From the NCBI RefSeq assembly GCF_026571515.1, contig NW_026859087.1, positions 62,001-126,000 of the forward strand: a stretch of 64,000 bases of DNA. Reading direction: 5' to 3'. Under the pieces are notes generated by a model that had not been told where the DNA came from, searched no databases, and saw nothing but the letters and a program-made list of their open reading frames with translations. Numbering within the stretch: position 1 is the stretch's first letter; the number at the start of each line of letters is the position of its first letter. The stretch is from Ruditapes philippinarum. Its lineage: Eukaryota. Made by a program: the position numbers and the translations under genes. Of the stretch, positions 39,150 through 52,980 are shown piece by piece.

Positions 39150-39700
39150 TATTCATAAACTCCTTACAAAGGAGTACATTTTCTTTCTAATATCAACCAG
39201 TCATAGTTGCTTTTTCTGGTAGAAAATCAACAGCCTACGGAGCTGCATGGTTTAGATATATTGTAAAAGACCCTTCCAACTGTACAAACTCCGGAACCGG
39301 GGTATATTTTGTCAGCCACATTATGTGAGAGCGTTTGTTTGGGATCCCATAAATACATTTCCACCCTTCGTCTACATCTGTTATACGTTTAGGTCTATTT
39401 GTTCAAACATGTCAAATAGTTGTCTGGCACAAGAAACCAGTTTTGTCTTTTGTTATTGAGTCGAGAAATGGGTTAAACATCCTGCGGAAATCTTTCCCAA
39501 ACCGGATTCTTCATGTAGCACTTCATAGACAGTATCAAAAGAAATATCAAACTCGATACTATTTTCGATACTATTTTCACGAACAGAAACATTGGGATCA
39601 TTTTCTATCCGGTTTTTCTTATTCTCAATCAAAGTCACGCCCACCTTCGACTTTGAAGCTCCTGGACATGGCTTATCCGTCTAGTATAGTATATTACTAG
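39150..39700 (-). mobile_element. Highly decayed mariner transposase fragment
   Basis: IENDPNVSVRE...ISFDTVYEVLHEESGLGKISAGCLTHFST.*QKTKLVSCARQLF matches the mariner HTH-to-WVPH region. Confidence 0.6.
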
Positions 39701-40158
39701 TATATCTTTATTATAATATTAGAAATAGCCTGATCATCTATATACCATGAAATTTATTATATATTAAGATAAAGTGTTCCGTTTTTATGATAAGAGAACT
39801 TTTTTATCTTCCTCAATATTTCTTTTATATTATTAATGTGTTATGTATTCATATATCAAAAAATCCAAGTGTACTCGACAAGTTCTGTATTCATTTTCTG
39901 TGACTCAACTCAACAAGTACATTACCTGACTTTATTACATAATGAAACCCCACGATTAACACGAGAATATTCAAATAACACCTGATTTGTGAACGAATGA
40001 ATTACAAGAGCGTAGCGGATGGTATCTTTGCATGGCTTTGGAATGCTTTCTTAAACATAATAATGTACACAAATAATATTTTTCTTGTGTGTAATATTAA
40101 TAAATACTGAGTTAAAAACTGGTGTATGGATAGAAAAACAAAAGAGCATGTAGGTAAG

Positions 40159-40304
40159 ATAGTTACCGCACTCGGAATAGGTCTGCAAAGAATTTACAGA
40201 CCCGATGGCCTTTTAAAAACCTGGATCGCTACGCTCTCTCGGTCTTCAAATCGCCACCCGGATCTGTAAATACTATGCACACATATTCCTGGTACGGTAA
40301 CTAT
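40159..40304. repeat. 146-bp foldback element
   Basis: ATAGTTACCG.AC..GGAATA...TTTACAGA.CCG pairs with CGGATCTGTAAA...TATTCCTGGTACGGTAACTAT. Confidence 0.75.
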
Positions 40305-41977
40305 TACAAATGACAGTTTATGTATTGTCCTTGCAAAGGAAATACTTACTTAACCTATTTTATGGCGTTTTTCTAAGTATTTCTCAATATCAATTGTAAC
40401 ATGTCCGGCTGATATATAAACTAGAATAAATACTTTAATGTAAGACACTTCAATTAAATGGATATAGTTAAGTGAGCATTGTTCTGTGAAGTGGATGGGT
40501 AAAACGCTTGACGTCTCGCTTTATATCAAATTATAATAATAAGACAAATAAATAAATGAACCGAAATATTTGTGTAAAATTCGTAATTTAAAATGACAGT
40601 TTCGGTTACTGTTGGCACTGAGTATTTGACATCTAAAGTAGTTATCAGAAGCGGGAAATGGGTGATAATCATGTAAATAGTGAGTAAAAATTGAGTGATG
40701 CTGACTTCATATGATAATGAGAGAAAGTTATCTTAATTTCATTGAAATTACATCATCAAACATAATGCTATAATATCGTTCAAACATCATGCCTCAAGAT
40801 CCTTGCTATGGCACATAACAACTTGGAAAACGTATTTTACAGTTACTGTAGATATTGTGAAGTGAAAATTTAAAACGGCACTTACAATCCACGCAAGTAA
40901 CCAAAAAAAAAGAGGTGACAAATAGCCCCTACTTCATTAGTCACGCAGTAGAAATATGGCGAGATTTATTATGGCAATATATTGCGTTGTTATTTTAGAT
41001 ATACTCTGTGAAATGGTTGTAATAATAATTGCTAATAAGTAAGATTGTGTTTCAACTGTAGTAAAATAATAATAAAAAATCACCGCAATTCTTACTCTAA
41101 CCTGCAGCGTCTTTTGTTTTGCGCAGCCTACGCGTAGCCGTTTTCCGTGCATTAATGAATTTATCACTTATGCACGGAAGCCAATTGAGACCTTTTTGAG
41201 TTAGAAGTTAGAAGTCAACAATTTGAACTTATTCTTAGCTCTTAGAACTAAGAGGTTCCGTAAAGGCGGGAGCACGCCATATTGACTTTAAGAAGATGTA
41301 AGTGAGATAAACTTCTTATTAATCAATATTATTAATTTTCTTTAATCATTCTTTTAATTTTAAGAATTGCGCAAAAATAGTTAGTACGTTAAACTATTAA
41401 GGTATTAGATGCCTAATGTAGTATCTCCTTTCTTTTCAGTGAAGGGACAGAGTTTCGATAGAAACCAGAAGATGCAATATTGTTTTCTTCAATTTTTGTC
41501 CTTTTTCCTCTTTTAGTTTTGTCAGATTAAGATTTTTTTTAATTTACATCTAAAATTTGTAATATATTTTGTTTAATAGTTCATGTATATTTTTTTCTGT
41601 AAAATGTGTGAAATTGGATGGCATAACCAATTAAAATGATTATAATTTAAAATTAGCATGGTAAACTCTCTTTATATGTTGCAAAAATGTCAAGAATTGT
41701 AACTGTTTCTAAATAATCAAATTTTATCAAATATTTTTTATGTCCCGATTACATTTGTAACAACTTACGGGTTTTCTTACCCCATCCCTTTCTACAGAAA
41801 ATGAAAACATAATTGCTGTTATTGTTGTTGTTCTCTAAAACAGATACAAAAGTTGAACTTCAAGATGGTAAGCTCTTTTAATTTGTTGTCCATAATATAA
41901 TAAACATTAATAATATTAACTTTTAAAAGCCTTTTGAAAATGTGTCAATTAGACATCTAATGCCTTAAGTGATTATA

Positions 41978-44140
41978 AACTACTCAAAATTTGATAAGGA
42001 TCACCTTTTTGACATTGCATATTTCAGTCCTATTATCATCATATTAAAAGCATATTAGGCCGGTATTCTTTTATACGGGAACGTGTAGCTTGAACGTGAA
42101 GCGCAAACGTGAAAAATCAAACAAACGATTTTCTACTGTATATATTCCTTATCGGCGTGAGCGTGACGTCAGCGTGAAACGCGAGTTTATGACTTGTGAC
42201 CGTGTAACGAGAGCTTTGAACCGATCGCTACATGTAGTGATTTTTCACGTTTACGCACTGCATTCATGGACGAGAAGCCACCATAAAAGGTCCTCTGTCT
42301 ATGCCAGATGCAAAAGAAAAACTTATTGAAGCAATTAGAAAATGCCCTATTCTGTACGACCAGTCCCTAAAGGAGAACAGGGACACAGACATCAAAGACC
42401 AGAGGTTGCAGATAATTGCTGACTCTCTCAACATTCCTACCTAACATAAATTAATTTCAGTTGCAAAACAATGTTAATTTAAGTTTGTGTAGTTTTTGCA
42501 AGCATGCTTATGACATGACAAAGCAAAACCACCCAAGAGAGTAATAAATTGCGACCACTCATCTAATGACATATTTTCTGTCCAACAAAAATGGACGAAA
42601 CAATTGTTTTCACGCTAACCCGTATAAATGGAATAGTATGAGCGTAAAAAATCACGCCTCACGTTCAAGTTTCACGCTCAAGCTAAAGGTTCACGTCGAG
42701 CTCCCGTAGAATGGAATACCGGCCTTAACGCTAACGATACACCTGTATGGGACCTCATAATCGTGTACTTAAATGTACACCTTGCACGAAAAGCACGTGG
42801 AAAAGCATACCCATGGAAATTTGGTGTTTCATGGCCATGTGCTTTCACTTTAACGTGTACAATCTCTCGTTTTATTGTAAAACTGTGTTCGAAATTTACA
42901 AACTATAGCAAGTCGACAGGTTAGATATTGTCGTAGTGAAAATGAGATGAACAGGGGTATTGGTATGTTGGAAGCTGGCCGTTCACAAAGGCACTTTATC
43001 CATGTCCTTGGGGTATCCCAGAGCGTTGTCTCCAGGATGTGGATCCGATTTCAAATGACTTGCTAGACCACGCCGGAGGAAGGAACGTTCAACGACTAGC
43101 CAAGGACCGATTTATGTCCTTCAGGCCAGGCGCAAACGGTTCTTGAACGCTACAACCTTACGTTATGACTTCCAGAATGCAACGGTGTGCGTGTAAGCAC
43201 ACAAACTTTAAAAAAAAGGTTTCGTGATGCTGGGTTGAGGTCACGGAGGCCAGCAATTTGCATTCCTTTGACACAACGCCATATTCAAGAGCGTTTACAA
43301 TGGGCGCATGTCACATGGACAGTTAATGATTGGACCCTCACTGGATCTTCACTGATGAGGAAAGGTTTTGTTTGGACTTCGAGGACAGACAGGCTAGGGT
43401 TTGGAGAAGTCCAAATAAATGTTAAGCTCAAGCATGCGTTGCATAACACAACCGTTTTGGCGTGGGTGTGTGGGAATAAGCTCTCAGGGGTAAACGGACA
43501 TACACGTCATTGAAAACGGTACACTGAAGGCAGTAAGGTATGTCAATGAAATCTTAGACTTCCATGTACGCACGTACGCTGGCGCAGTCGGCCCTGATTT
43601 CATTCTTATGGAGGACAACGCCCGTGTACACAGAGCCCACATCACAAACCGATATCTCGAAAATGAAACTATAGTCCACATGGATTGGCCAGCGAGGTCC
43701 CCGAATTTTAATTCAATTGAGCATGCTTGGAATATGCAGGAAGCCATTTCTTCACGCCACGTCCAACCAACAACAGTTCAGAAGCCAGGACATGCAATCA
43801 TAGTGAAATGGGCCTAGATTCCTCATCCCAAGTCCGCAGACTCATTAGCAGCATCCGGCGGCGATGCCAGACCGTAATTAATATCTGCAGATTAAACTGC
43901 CTACGCCAACCATTACCTGATTTGCAAGATTTTTTTATTCCACTATCTGATCTCCATAATGTTGATTTTCGTCCAGCAGACTCTTTCCGCTACAGGCACA
44001 CGTCAGACACTTCCATTGTCATTATTTTCATATAAATCATTTCCTTACTAATTATATTTAATTTCTTTTAATCAATTTTCACATTTATTACAAATACACA
44101 AAAGTAACGAACCGTAGAAAAAATGATCCTTTGAGTAGTA
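41978..44140 (+). mobile_element. Tc1 (DD34E) element with frameshifted transposase
   Basis: TIRs CTACTCAAAA..AGGATCA / TGATCCTTTGAGTAG|TA. Motifs GIGMLEAG, VSTQTLKKRFRDAGLRSRRP, IFTDEERF, MEDNARVHRA and WPARSPNFNSIEHAW. Confidence 0.9.
42058..42724 (+). mobile_element. PIF/Harbinger non-autonomous element with a MADF/Myb-like remnant
   Basis: TTA|GGCCGGTATTC...GAATACCGGCC|TTA (3-bp TSD). LIEAIRKCPILYDQSLKENRDTDIKDQRLQIIADSL at ~42322-42430. Confidence 0.88.
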
Positions 44141-46469
44141 TATCTGTATCACTTAGAGGGCCGAGTAAAAAATAACGAATTTCAATAGGAGACAAAGGTC
44201 GACCATGCTATCTTCAAGAAGCTGGGACAAACTCCATAAGTGGTTATTTAGCCAGTTCTAGATATTTTAGCCAAACCTGGCTACCGAAAAGATTATACGA
44301 TGACAGACACAAACGTCAAAAACTGATGACTGTTGTCTGTCTTTGTGTATTTTCCAATTATGAAAGTTCGAACAGTATTAAAAATTGTGGAACTGTTTGT
44401 CTTAAAATAATTTATAAAACCTCGATTTGCTTATGTGTATTTATATTATTTGATGATTTATTGTCCAATTCATCTCTTTTTCGGACGACGAAAATGATCT
44501 TTTAATATGCATCGAGGTTTGGAATTAGGCTGTTTTTTATTACACCAGTAGCTAGTGTTGATATCACGGATTTAGCTGTTACTCACAGAGAGGCGTATTT
44601 AACAAGACTAGAACTGATTAACTTTGTGTGGCATGTGAATGCTTACGACAAGTTAAAGCTAGATGAATTTTGCATCCACGGAACGATCTATACAGTCGAC
44701 GCATTTTCGTGGCTCAAAGTTTCAAACAGCGACAACTAGCCTGCAGTGAAAGCGTCATAAGTTACCCATACACAATCATTAACGAATAACGCATTGTCCT
44801 ACGTTGCGATTGAGGAACTTAGAATTCAACGCTAGCATTACTTCTGTAAGTTTTTCAGATATATAACGGCACAAACAACGAATCGTAGTTGAAAAGTTCT
44901 ATGTTTACTAGGTTAAGAAATAATATTGCTTTCTTACGAAATCTTCATGAAGTTTTCTAAACCACAAAAATACAATGTGCCACCAGACAAATTATATGAA
45001 CACAAAATTGAAACGGGCAAATATTATCTACATTGTAAAAAGATTTTACCTCAAAATCACATCATACACAGTTTGTGAACCTGTAATTCAAGACATTTTA
45101 AACATGAAATCTTAATAAAATAAACATTTTAAACATGTTTTGCATTTCTAACAATTTTCTGTCATATAGAAGAAACTCCAAATCAAGGCTGATAAGTGTA
45201 CGATGGATGTTATTATTAACATGCTTAAGATCAATTACAAAACCGAAAAAAAGGAATTAAAATAATACTTTTGTTTCGTTATGTTAAAAGTTTAAGAAAA
45301 TAGCGTTTAACCCGTCAGTTATTTTCAAAACATAGATATAGATGCACATGAACTTGAAAATTAAACTAGAATGGTAATCTTAGAACCGGGATGCATATTT
45401 ACGTAAATTGCCTAATTCGTTTAATGTGTCCAGGTAGTATGACGCTATCACTGCGGGTGAGTTGTTGCTTACATAAGATGTTTCGACTGTACCCGTCGAT
45501 CTCTCCGTGGATGTCGGATCTGTATGGCTTTAACTTTTTGTCAACACACAGTGGGAACTTTCGAGACATATATTCTCCAAGATAATGGGTATGTTTTGCG
45601 TTTATTAGTTCCTCCCGGATCGAGTTGTGGTATAAGCCTCATTTCAGAATTTCTAGACGTTGCAACGGGTAGTAATTAACCAAATTTTGCCACATCGATC
45701 AAATACACTTTGTACTCCTCTGGATTTCTACTATAAGGGGGTCCCTTTCTTCGTCTTCAGGCGTACGTGTTTTGCGTTGGATCATATTGTGAGCTTTCAC
45801 AATATGTTTAATATCCTTATATGTAAACTACAAACAAGTAATTCTTAGTCACTTTCATTCTTAGTAAAGCACCACTCTGAGAATGAATCCATGATCATAA
45901 CACTAGATACTGGTGTTTTAATTGTTACAGCCAAATTTCAAACATCCATACCCATGTAGAGACCATTTACGCCGTCCAGAATAGGAATAAAGAAAAGTCT
46001 GCAATAGGAAAAATTAATTATTTGAAATAAATAAATTATTTTTATTCATGTAAAATTAAATAGTGTTGTAATATAAGAAGCTACTAACATGAATTTTTCT
46101 GTGTTTTATATGTATTAATTCTTCACGAATTGTGGATAAACACTCGTATAATAAGAAGTTTATCTCTCATAAATCTGTTTATTGCAGTCAATATGGCATT
46201 TTCACGCCTTTACGGAAACTCTAGTTCTAAGAACCAAGAACTCAGTTATAAGAACTTACTTAAGTTTGAATTGTTGTCTTTCAACTTCTAACTCAATGCG
46301 ATCTTAATTGGCTTCCGTTATTATGCATGAAAACATAATTTTTATTTGCTTAATCTGATCACAAAACGACGTGATAAAACATCAATATGTTCACCGTAAA
46401 CAATTTAGAAATATTCTCACTTTTTCAGTGTGATATATTATAAAAAATATAGACTTTTTAGCTGGTGAA

Positions 46470-46650
46470 TATTTAGAGGATATTCAAGATTTTTGTTTCT
46501 ATAAAAAGAGAGTTAATTTTCATTGTGTGGTAGGAAAATAAATAGTTCATAAGTGGCTGTAGCCACAAGTGAAATATGGTACTTTTCTTACCACAAATTG
46601 AAAATGAATCATGTTATATAGAAATGAAACTTGAATTTTCTGTTTATTGT
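46470..46650. repeat. Degenerate foldback element
   Basis: Centre GTGGCTGTAGCCAC, arms TTTTCA..GTGGTAGGAAAA / TTTTCTTACCAC..TGAAAA. Confidence 0.55.
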
Positions 46651-47564
46651 ATACATTTACTTTTTTAACATTACAGTTGAAACGACTTCCCCTTAAATTC
46701 TGTATATTGGCTGAAGTTAGAAGAATATTAGAATATAGTCCGGCAAGCCACCATTTGAAATAGGTAAAATATGTTTCATTACAGTAAAAATATTGTTTTA
46801 TTTAAAACGCATTTTATTTCATATATATTTCTCAATAATTCATTTTTATTATATAATAAGATGAGATATGTACTGAACAAATATATTGAAAGTTGTGATA
46901 GCTAAAAAGTATATATGTGTTACATTATAGAACTTATAAATGGCTTATCAGATCTAGATCTACAGTTAGATATTAAGATGATTCAAATCAACATTTTTCA
47001 GCTTGTCTACTTTTTTTCCGTAATTTGACCCTGTCTTTTAAAAGAGTTCATAGACACATCAATTCGTTATGTTCTTAAAAATGTAAAAACTGTAACTAAA
47101 ATAGACTTTCATTTACGTGGCACCAAACTTTGAATAGAACAATTACAATAAAATTGGCATGACGTCACGTCATATCCTTATCGTTTGGGTGATTTTAAGA
47201 AAATCATTATCCAGGAAAAAACAGTGAATATACTTTTTAATTTTATGAAGAAAATTAATTAATATACTCCGATATTGACCTGTTTTTTTTTACAAAAAAA
47301 TATTTCTTAGCCAATGAGAGAAATGCATATCAAAGCTAATAGTATTTATAGATTCTATAATAACATACCATATTTGTTCAAAACACGCACATTCTTTCTT
47401 TGTTTGTGACTTAGTAAGTAAGTAAATAGGTAAATCAGTCAGTAAGTCAGTACAGGTAAGTCAGTCATTATTTTATTATCGTGCATATATATAATTACAA
47501 TATATTGCTACCAGAGATCATTTCATGACACCCGGCCTTTTTGGCATATAAGTAACCAGAACTC

Positions 47565-47567
<3 letters not shown>

Positions 47568-47616
<49 letters not shown>
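47568..47616. repeat. (TAA)n microsatellite
   Basis: Directly visible. Confidence 0.95.
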
Positions 47617-48474
47617 TAATAAAAGCGTTAAGTAAGTAAGATGTATGCATCTTGATTATAGTTTAACGAGTATGTTTCGCTTTCTATTATTGTGGTTATA
47701 TTATCACATATGAATAAAGTTGTCCCAGGATCTTAAATATCAACATCTTTAAGTAGCAAAATCATAAAAAGGAAGTAAAAAATAATAGGTCAATAAGGTG
47801 CTCAATTTAAAGAGTCCAACAAATTTAGAACATTTTCTAGGAAATTCGCATATTAAATGTTTTAATTTGCAATCGTCTTTTAAGTTAACAAAGCCTTGCG
47901 AATATGTAACCAAATATATTTATTCTTCAAGAGCTATGACACACTGTAAGAAGAAATGCATTTCGTTTTCTATGTTGTTTGAAGTCGAAGTCTACTTATC
48001 TCTGCTGAATCGTTTCTGCTATATAGCGACTTGTGTCTATTCTTAGTGGCAATATACAACTTCTAAACTGGGAAGATAATGAACGCTCATATCTTTGTAA
48101 AGTTCAGATTTATGCTGTTCCAATGCAATGTTAATGCTGACTATTTCTTTGAGCAAAAGTGAGTAAATCGAGCACGTGTCGTCCACAGCGTAATCGTATA
48201 TCTCGTATCAAAAGCTTTCTTTATCCAATGTTATTCGTTACTATTTACGCACATAACGCCGTATCAGATGACCCTCATATCGACTTATTATATTTCCCGG
48301 TGGTGCAAAGATTTTCAGGTGGCTGTTTATTCCAGAATTACTTCTTGCAAGTAAACGAATATCACCGAAGCATGAACGAAAAGTGTGTTGATAATTGACA
48401 GACTATCGCCTCGGTCAATGTGTCATCTGTTCACATCAAATCATATTGAATGGCACGGTAGATAACATTTTTTT

Positions 48475-49055
48475 AGTTCTGTCCCAAATCTCAGAATATC
48501 CATAGATCTGTCTAAAATCTCAGGATATTCATATGTCTGCCTCAAATAAAAGGATATTTATAGGTATGTCTCAAATAAAAGGATATCCATAGAGCTGTCT
48601 AAACTTTTAAGATATTTATAGGCCTGCAAACAATGTTCATTGGAAAATTTGTGACAAGTTCTGTGACTTTCTTATAGTCGGTAATATGGTAATATAATGT
48701 TATCAGTATCACTTTTGTTAAATGTTTATTGAAATTATAAACTTACCCGGACATATTTTCAGGTCTGTCTCAAATTTCAGGATATTCATAGTTCTGTCCG
48801 ATATCTCAAGTTATTCATAGGTCTCTCTTAAATAAAAGGACATCCATAAGTCTGTCTTAAATCTCAAAATATTCAAAGACATGTCTAAAATCTAAGGATA
48901 TTCATAGGTCTGTCTGAAATTTCAGGAAATTCATAGGTATGTATCAAGTTTCAAGATATTCATAGGTATGTCTCAAGTTTCAGGATATTCGTATGTATAT
49001 CTTAAATCTCTTTCTTAAATCTCAAGATATTAGTAGTGTTGTCTCAAATCTCAGG
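48475..49055. repeat. ~30-bp minisatellite in two blocks
   Basis: Unit of about AAATCTCAGGATATTCATAGGTCTGTCTC at 48475-48625 and 48750-49055. Confidence 0.88.
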
Positions 49056-49334
49056 TGTGTGTACATTCTGTGGCAGTTGATCTAAGCTTTCATTAGAAAT
49101 ATGGGTTAATGTGATAAAAGCATAATTCTAACATGCTTCAAATAAATCTCCTATATATCAGAAAGGTAGGTCCAGTGCATAATGATACTATACATGCACG
49201 AAACAAAAAATGAAAACTTTCACGTGATAAGACGTCAGGTACGATGGTAATTAAAAATAATATCAAGCAATTTCCTTTTCTACACACCAATATAAGTGAC
49301 ACTTTACAGGATTGATCAGTACCTTATGTACAAA

Positions 49335-50795
49335 TTTAGTTTTGTTTTTTTGAATTGGATTTTTACGGCACTCCACACATACCTGGCCATATCGTGCCGA
49401 ATGATATAATTGGCTTAAAATGTTATGTTAAATTTTGTAAATGACATTGAAAATGAGCCAATTAGACCCTAGAATACGAGTTTATCTCTTTCAAAAAAAT
49501 AAATGATGTTTTTTGATGGAATTGTATTAATGAGGTCTCTGGGCGAATTTACACAATAAAATCTATTATGGGCCTGTGAAAAGTCATGACATTCAAGAAG
49601 AAAATGCTTGACAGTAAAATTTTCATTACACGCTATACAGAAAGGGGCATTGTCATTTGTGAGGAGATAAGGGTGGGTAATTTTAGTGCTTCCAATTCGG
49701 CATCGAAGAAAAACTGTTTGATCATGGCGATTTGACAGAGATAGCGATGGTGACACATCAAGAGATGGGTTTATTTCGTGAAATTTATTAAAAACGGCAT
49801 TTGGCCAATTTGCTTTCCATTCAGTTGATACGAGTTTATTTATTGCCGGTCTAAAATCACAAGCAGGTAATAATAAGTCACGTTTTTGAAAATTTAATGA
49901 TTGTTAAGCTAACGCATCTACTTTTTCATTTCTTCGTATACCTACATGACTTGAAATCCAATATAATTTAACAGATTTTGTTTTAAGTATATCATGAATC
50001 GTAAAAGAAGTTTCCTTATCATGATATTGTCAGATGTTTTATTTTAATGGATATCAAAACAGAAAGCGAATCAGAAAATATTACAAATTAATCATGGGTA
50101 TGCTGTACTTAGTATGACAATGCTATACTTAAAGATTTTGCTTCAGCAGTAAAAATTGATGCATTATCTTGTAACCTCATACTAGATGTAAAATTATTTT
50201 CTATACTTTGTAACCTTCTTTTGAACTGTCCGTATAAACATGTATAAAATCTTCATGTTCTTCCTTAATTGCTAGAAACTTCTCTTTGAAATGTTCAGGT
50301 AAACTTGATGACTTTTGATACATGCAGGTTAATATTTATTTTCGGGGAATTATAAGTCCAAGGTGGAATATCCTCATCGTCAGTTTAAAGGTAACTGTCT
50401 GGATTAATTTTAAGTTTATCTAAATCTTTTAAACGAAGGCCTAATGGTTTAATTTCCTTTGGTTTGTTAACAAATCTTTCAGTATAACTTGGTTTGAAAA
50501 TAATATTTTAGCTTGATTTTTGCTGTTAGATGAAATTCTAGTTGCATATTGAAGTGATAGCTGTTTTCGACGAAGATGAAGCGATGGTTCCCCAGCTTCC
50601 GCAAATAGACTTTCTATATGTGAGGTGTTAGTACATAAAGCTAAACGTAAACCCTGGTGATGTATGGTATCTAGTATTTGAAGATATGATATTCTTGCAG
50701 ACCGATATACTACAGAACCATAATCTAATTTTGATCGGAAAAGACTTCTGTATAATTTCAGTAAAGTGGAAGAATTTGATCCCCAATTTGTACCT
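49335..50795 (-). mobile_element. 5'-truncated I/Nimb-like LINE (RNase H plus CCHC C-terminus), decayed
   Basis: LYRSLFRSKLDYGS, YTDSSK, FTAEAKSL, FSDSLSVL, WISSHVGIRRNEKVDALA and RCRIG...CIAC...TVKHFLLEC. A-rich tail near 49335. Confidence 0.88.
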
Positions 50796-50829
50796 TACTT
50801 AAGTGGGAATGATTTTTGGCTTTCACAAA

Positions 50830-51310
50830 TAAAACGGTACCGCCCGATTTAACAATTTTTATTTGAACGATGGGTTTGCCGGTATCGCGGACGCCGAGCG
50901 AGTTTAAATCTGATACCATATGAAAGGAACGGTCGCAGGACAATTTCTACGGAACTGAATTATCAGAAAGCATTCAAAGGATCGGGCAAAAGTTGCCCGA
51001 TGAAATGCTCCTCATAAATGGATCGGAGGGTCGCCGCGCAGGGCTGAAAACCCTTGACATTTAATTTGCTAGGCCGCCGCCGGTCGGCAACACGATTCTT
51101 GCCCAGTGTCTGTACATATATCGTATGGTTACTAGGCGATAATCGTTCGCAAACTTGGTCCATTCGGACGACGAATGGGCCCCGGACGATGTCTGCCAGA
51201 GTGCCTTTGATGTTTCAAAAATCAATCGCTCGATAAAAAAATGTTGTCCTTAAAACTCGACTGCGCCCGCCAGATGAACAAAATTATTTAAACGCTCAGA
51301 CCTATTGGCC
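50830..51310. mobile_element. GC-rich non-autonomous DNA transposon fragment
   Basis: Abrupt GC/CpG-rich island with CGGCCG/CCGAT-type subterminal motifs at the LINE truncation point. No clean TIR pair found. Confidence 0.4.
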
Positions 51311-51949
51311 TTCGTGATTTTATTATTGCGCATTGGAACTGTAAAAGTGAACTATTCTACAACAACGCATTCAAAATTGATATCTCCTACCTAAAGAACA
51401 CAATCAAAATTTAACTCTATTTCCTTATTGAATAAACATGTATTTAATATAAAAAAAATGATATGGATTATAATAGGCCATAATGCTAGTTCCCGCCGTA
51501 TACATTTCATCAATAGGCGCAATTCCATTTGATTCAGTAACAAAAATTTATTCCTCGCTTAGGGCACACGCATTCATTTACTTGGGGATCATATGCCCCT
51601 TTTCAACGAATGGAATATACGTATCACATTGACAGTTCCATGTTATCCGCAGTATAAACACATGTTTCGAAATTCATTTTTACCGCTTTCTTGTTTAAAT
51701 GTTGAAGTCTGCTTAACTTTGAAGTCCTACGAAAGAAACAACTAGAGTCAAATAGTTACAGGACCTGTTTAGGGTAAAAAGGTTCCACAGTAAAATATAT
51801 GTATCAGCGGTCGCTGAATTTGGGAAAACAGCATTTTGAAAATATCCCGCCTGGACGCGGTGTCAAGCTCATCAGAAGGATGAAAATTATAAGCATTTTA
51901 AGTAGAGTTAAATGCTTTATCTAACTTTCGGTTTTTGTTTCTTGTGATA

Positions 51950-52980
51950 AGTGAGAGTTTCAGATTTAAAATATGTAATTATCATGAAATGATTGAAGAA
52001 GAACTCATACAAAAATCTTCCCGGTGACATTTTGAAGTTTAAAACATGCTTTGTTGTATTAGATGGACTACTTGATGAATGGACCTATCGTGAAAGCAAT
52101 TGTTCAAGACTTCCTAAACGTATTCCACATAGATATGCACGTGAAAAGTATATAATCTTAACAACTACAACTGAAAGCTAGTTAAACTGAACAAAGGCAA
52201 TGCAAGACAGTTAAAGCTTACTGCAATGAAAATATTGAAAGCAAGCTAGAAGACAATGAACTGAAAAGTCAAGTGCACAATTTCGAGGATAAAAATCATA
52301 GACCAATATCTTGAAAATACGGAATCTACCCCTCTTCTTTTACTTCATTATTATATCTTTATAGGTCAAAATTTTCCAGTAGGAAACTACACAGTAAAAC
52401 TATATATAGGCATTATTCATCTTCTTCTTTCTAGAACAGAAAAGTTACATCGTACGTTTCATTTGTCTGAAAGTATGACTCCAAGTTACGTCCCTGAATG
52501 TTTCAGAACACATCAACATTGCTATAGTTACAACACGTTTCAGGGGAACATAGGAAAACCTGGGAAAACTGGATGTTCGTACATTCTTTATAGAAATATT
52601 GCTGGAAAATATCTTGACCTAAGAAATTTGGAATTCAGCTTTTACTCAGTTATTTTTTAGAAAGTAATTAAAACACTAATAAATTAATGTTTTTAAATCT
52701 CATTTCACATTAAAAGAGTGCAGGAATATTTTTCAGAAAATCATATTTGTTTTTTTAAACCCAATTGGAGTTCAGAAAATCTTTTTGGAAGAGTACAACT
52801 GCTTGCAAAGTAATTCTAGACATGTCAGAAGTGTTTGTCTTTACCAGTAACATGTTTCCTGAATGTATGTCTTCAATATAAAGTTATTTGATGCCTTTGA
52901 TAAATAATGATGAGAGAACAAGCAAATACAGAATTATGACATAATGTGATTACAGATTTTCTAATCCATTAGAAGACATA
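51950..52980 (+). pseudogene. Decayed NACHT (NLR-like STAND NTPase) exon fragment
   Basis: Walker B region CFVVLDGLLDEW...IPHRYAREKYIILTTT (ORF 51993-52181), then VPECF...C, SFHIKRVQEYFS (cf. the winged-helix F.H...QE motif, ~52700-52735) and ILDMSEVFVF. Deletions, stops and frameshifts throughout. Confidence 0.75.

Larger units (their letters stand above)
41174..46318. mobile_element. IS3EU-like transposon sequence present as two inverted arms, with nested insertions
   Basis: ~150-bp inverted ends (ACGGAAGCCAATT.AGA...CCGTAAAGGCG...GCCATATTGACT). Integrase fragments NFVWHVNAYDKLKLDEFCIHGTI..YSRRI (+, ~44620-44750) and LDPGGTNKRK...KLKPYRSDIHGEIDGYSRNIL..SNNSPAVIASYYLD (-, ~45410-45630). Confidence 0.7.
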
